Of a stretch of DNA of 64,000 nucleotides, positions 63,094-64,000 are shown piece after piece. The translations under genes were made by a program, and so were the position numbers. Position 1 is the first letter of the stretch. Every line of letters starts with the position of its first letter. Source of the stretch: Dicyema japonicum (taxonomy: Eukaryota > Animalia > Dicyemida); assembly GCA_011109175.1 (NCBI GenBank), contig RDEW01000018.1, positions 741,304 to 805,303 of the forward strand. Direction: 5' to 3'. The notes beneath the pieces were generated by a model. The model saw nothing but the letters and a program-made list of their open reading frames with translations, was not told the origin of the DNA and ran no database searches.

Positions 63094-64000
63094 ATGAATT
63101 TTAAAGAAACTGTGTATGACTTTCCATCGAAAATAAAGACTGGTAAGTCAACAGAAAGTCCATATTGGCAACAATTCAAAGTAAAATAATAAAATAATCA
63201 GAATGTGAGGACAACCAGTGAAGTTGGAAGTATATCTAATATCAGCACAATGAAATGTCCTCCTTACAATGTTGCAGTTACAAATTCAAATCGGGTAAAT
63301 TTATTAATTAATTAAAGGTTGAAATCTACAACTCTGACGCCTCCAAAAAGATTAAGAGTATCACAAACTTCAAAGACAGTGTATACTCGGGAAATTTCAG
63401 AAAAGATGGCAAGCTGTTGGTGGTAGGGGATAACACGGGGCATGTCTCTGTAATAGACACGGCCTCTAAATCTAACCTTCGCACTTTATCCGGCCATTCT
63501 GGGTTGTTTGTTAAATTGACGTGTAGTCCTGTATTTGGATGTTGTTTCTCTCCTCATTCAAATGAAAATCAGGTCATAGTTTCAGTTTCTGACGACCGTT
63601 CTATGAGGATATGGGACATTGGGACAGGAATAGCTACAAGGACATATTTGAATACTAGCACTGTATTTATTATTAATTAAAAACAGGATTATATTCGTAC
63701 ATTAACCGTTGCCGACTTTTGTCCGGATTTGTGCCTTACTGGTTTGGTGATAACTAACAGTTCAGGCTCCTATGACGGAGTGGGGAGGATTTACGATCCA
63801 AGGTTGTCTTCAAATTCCCCAATTTTGTGTGTGGAGAGTAAATCGCCTATCTACAATGTGTGTTGGCTATCAGAGAGTGGTCATTTGTTTGTGACATGCG
63901 GTTGATTGGTGATTAATTTGTAGGGAATGATGGAGTTTATTTGTGGGATTCCCTCAATTCTAAACAGTTTGTTAGTAAATTGAAGGGTCATCACAAGGCA
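63094..64000 (+). CDS. UTP15: U3 snoRNP-associated WD40 protein UTP15 (continues past the window end)
   Basis: Spliced YWQQFK|...EVGSIS...PPYNVAVTNSNR|VEIY...FKDSVYSGNFRKDGKLLVVG, SDDRSMRIWD, DYIR and GSYDG. Confidence 0.88.

Noticed and set aside
1-64000. Prokaryotic systems (CRISPR, retrons, DGRs, RT-based defence) suggested by the many RT ORFs
   Set aside because: The RTs carry APE or RLE domains and tails of eukaryotic LINEs, genes have spliceosomal introns, and no repeat-spacer array is visible.
1-64000. Stop-codon reassignment as the cause of fragmented ORFs
   Set aside because: In-frame stops in host genes fall inside GT/GC-AG introns; genes end in TAA or TAG and Trp is TGG.

Overview
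Eukaryotic nuclear DNA, AT-rich and very probably from an animal (AEBP2, GON4L-like, CBM14 chitinase, CHST-type sulfotransferase). It is not prokaryotic and has no CRISPR array. The ORF track is fragmented because almost every host gene is broken by ultra-short spliceosomal introns, mostly 21-30 nt with only GT...AG fixed and one GC-AG case. This architecture is known from highly reduced parasitic animals such as dicyemids; the taxon is an inference. Genes reconstructed by hand-splicing: SLC25A26-like carrier, a zDHHC palmitoyltransferase, a GH18 chitinase with two CBM14 domains and a GPI-like tail, PSMD1/Rpn2, MBLAC1, a miniaturised GON4L/YY1AP1-like gene, CHAF1B, MYCBP, AEBP2, UQCRFS1, UTP15 (runs off the window) and a broken CHST-family sulfotransferase. 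Between the genes lie dense, nested transposon remains: RTE-, CRE- and Jockey/CR1-like LINEs, Tigger/pogo, hAT and Ginger2-like elements. Main findings: the tiny-intron splicing regime inside TE-rich DNA; a decaying tandem duplication of the zDHHC+chitinase block with a filled/empty hAT site pair; a covarying 3' stem-loop shared by at least 8 LINE tails; and a 22-nt inverted copy of a MYCBP exon start inserted into a nearby LINE. Exon boundaries and homologies were read by eye and have not been verified by a search.
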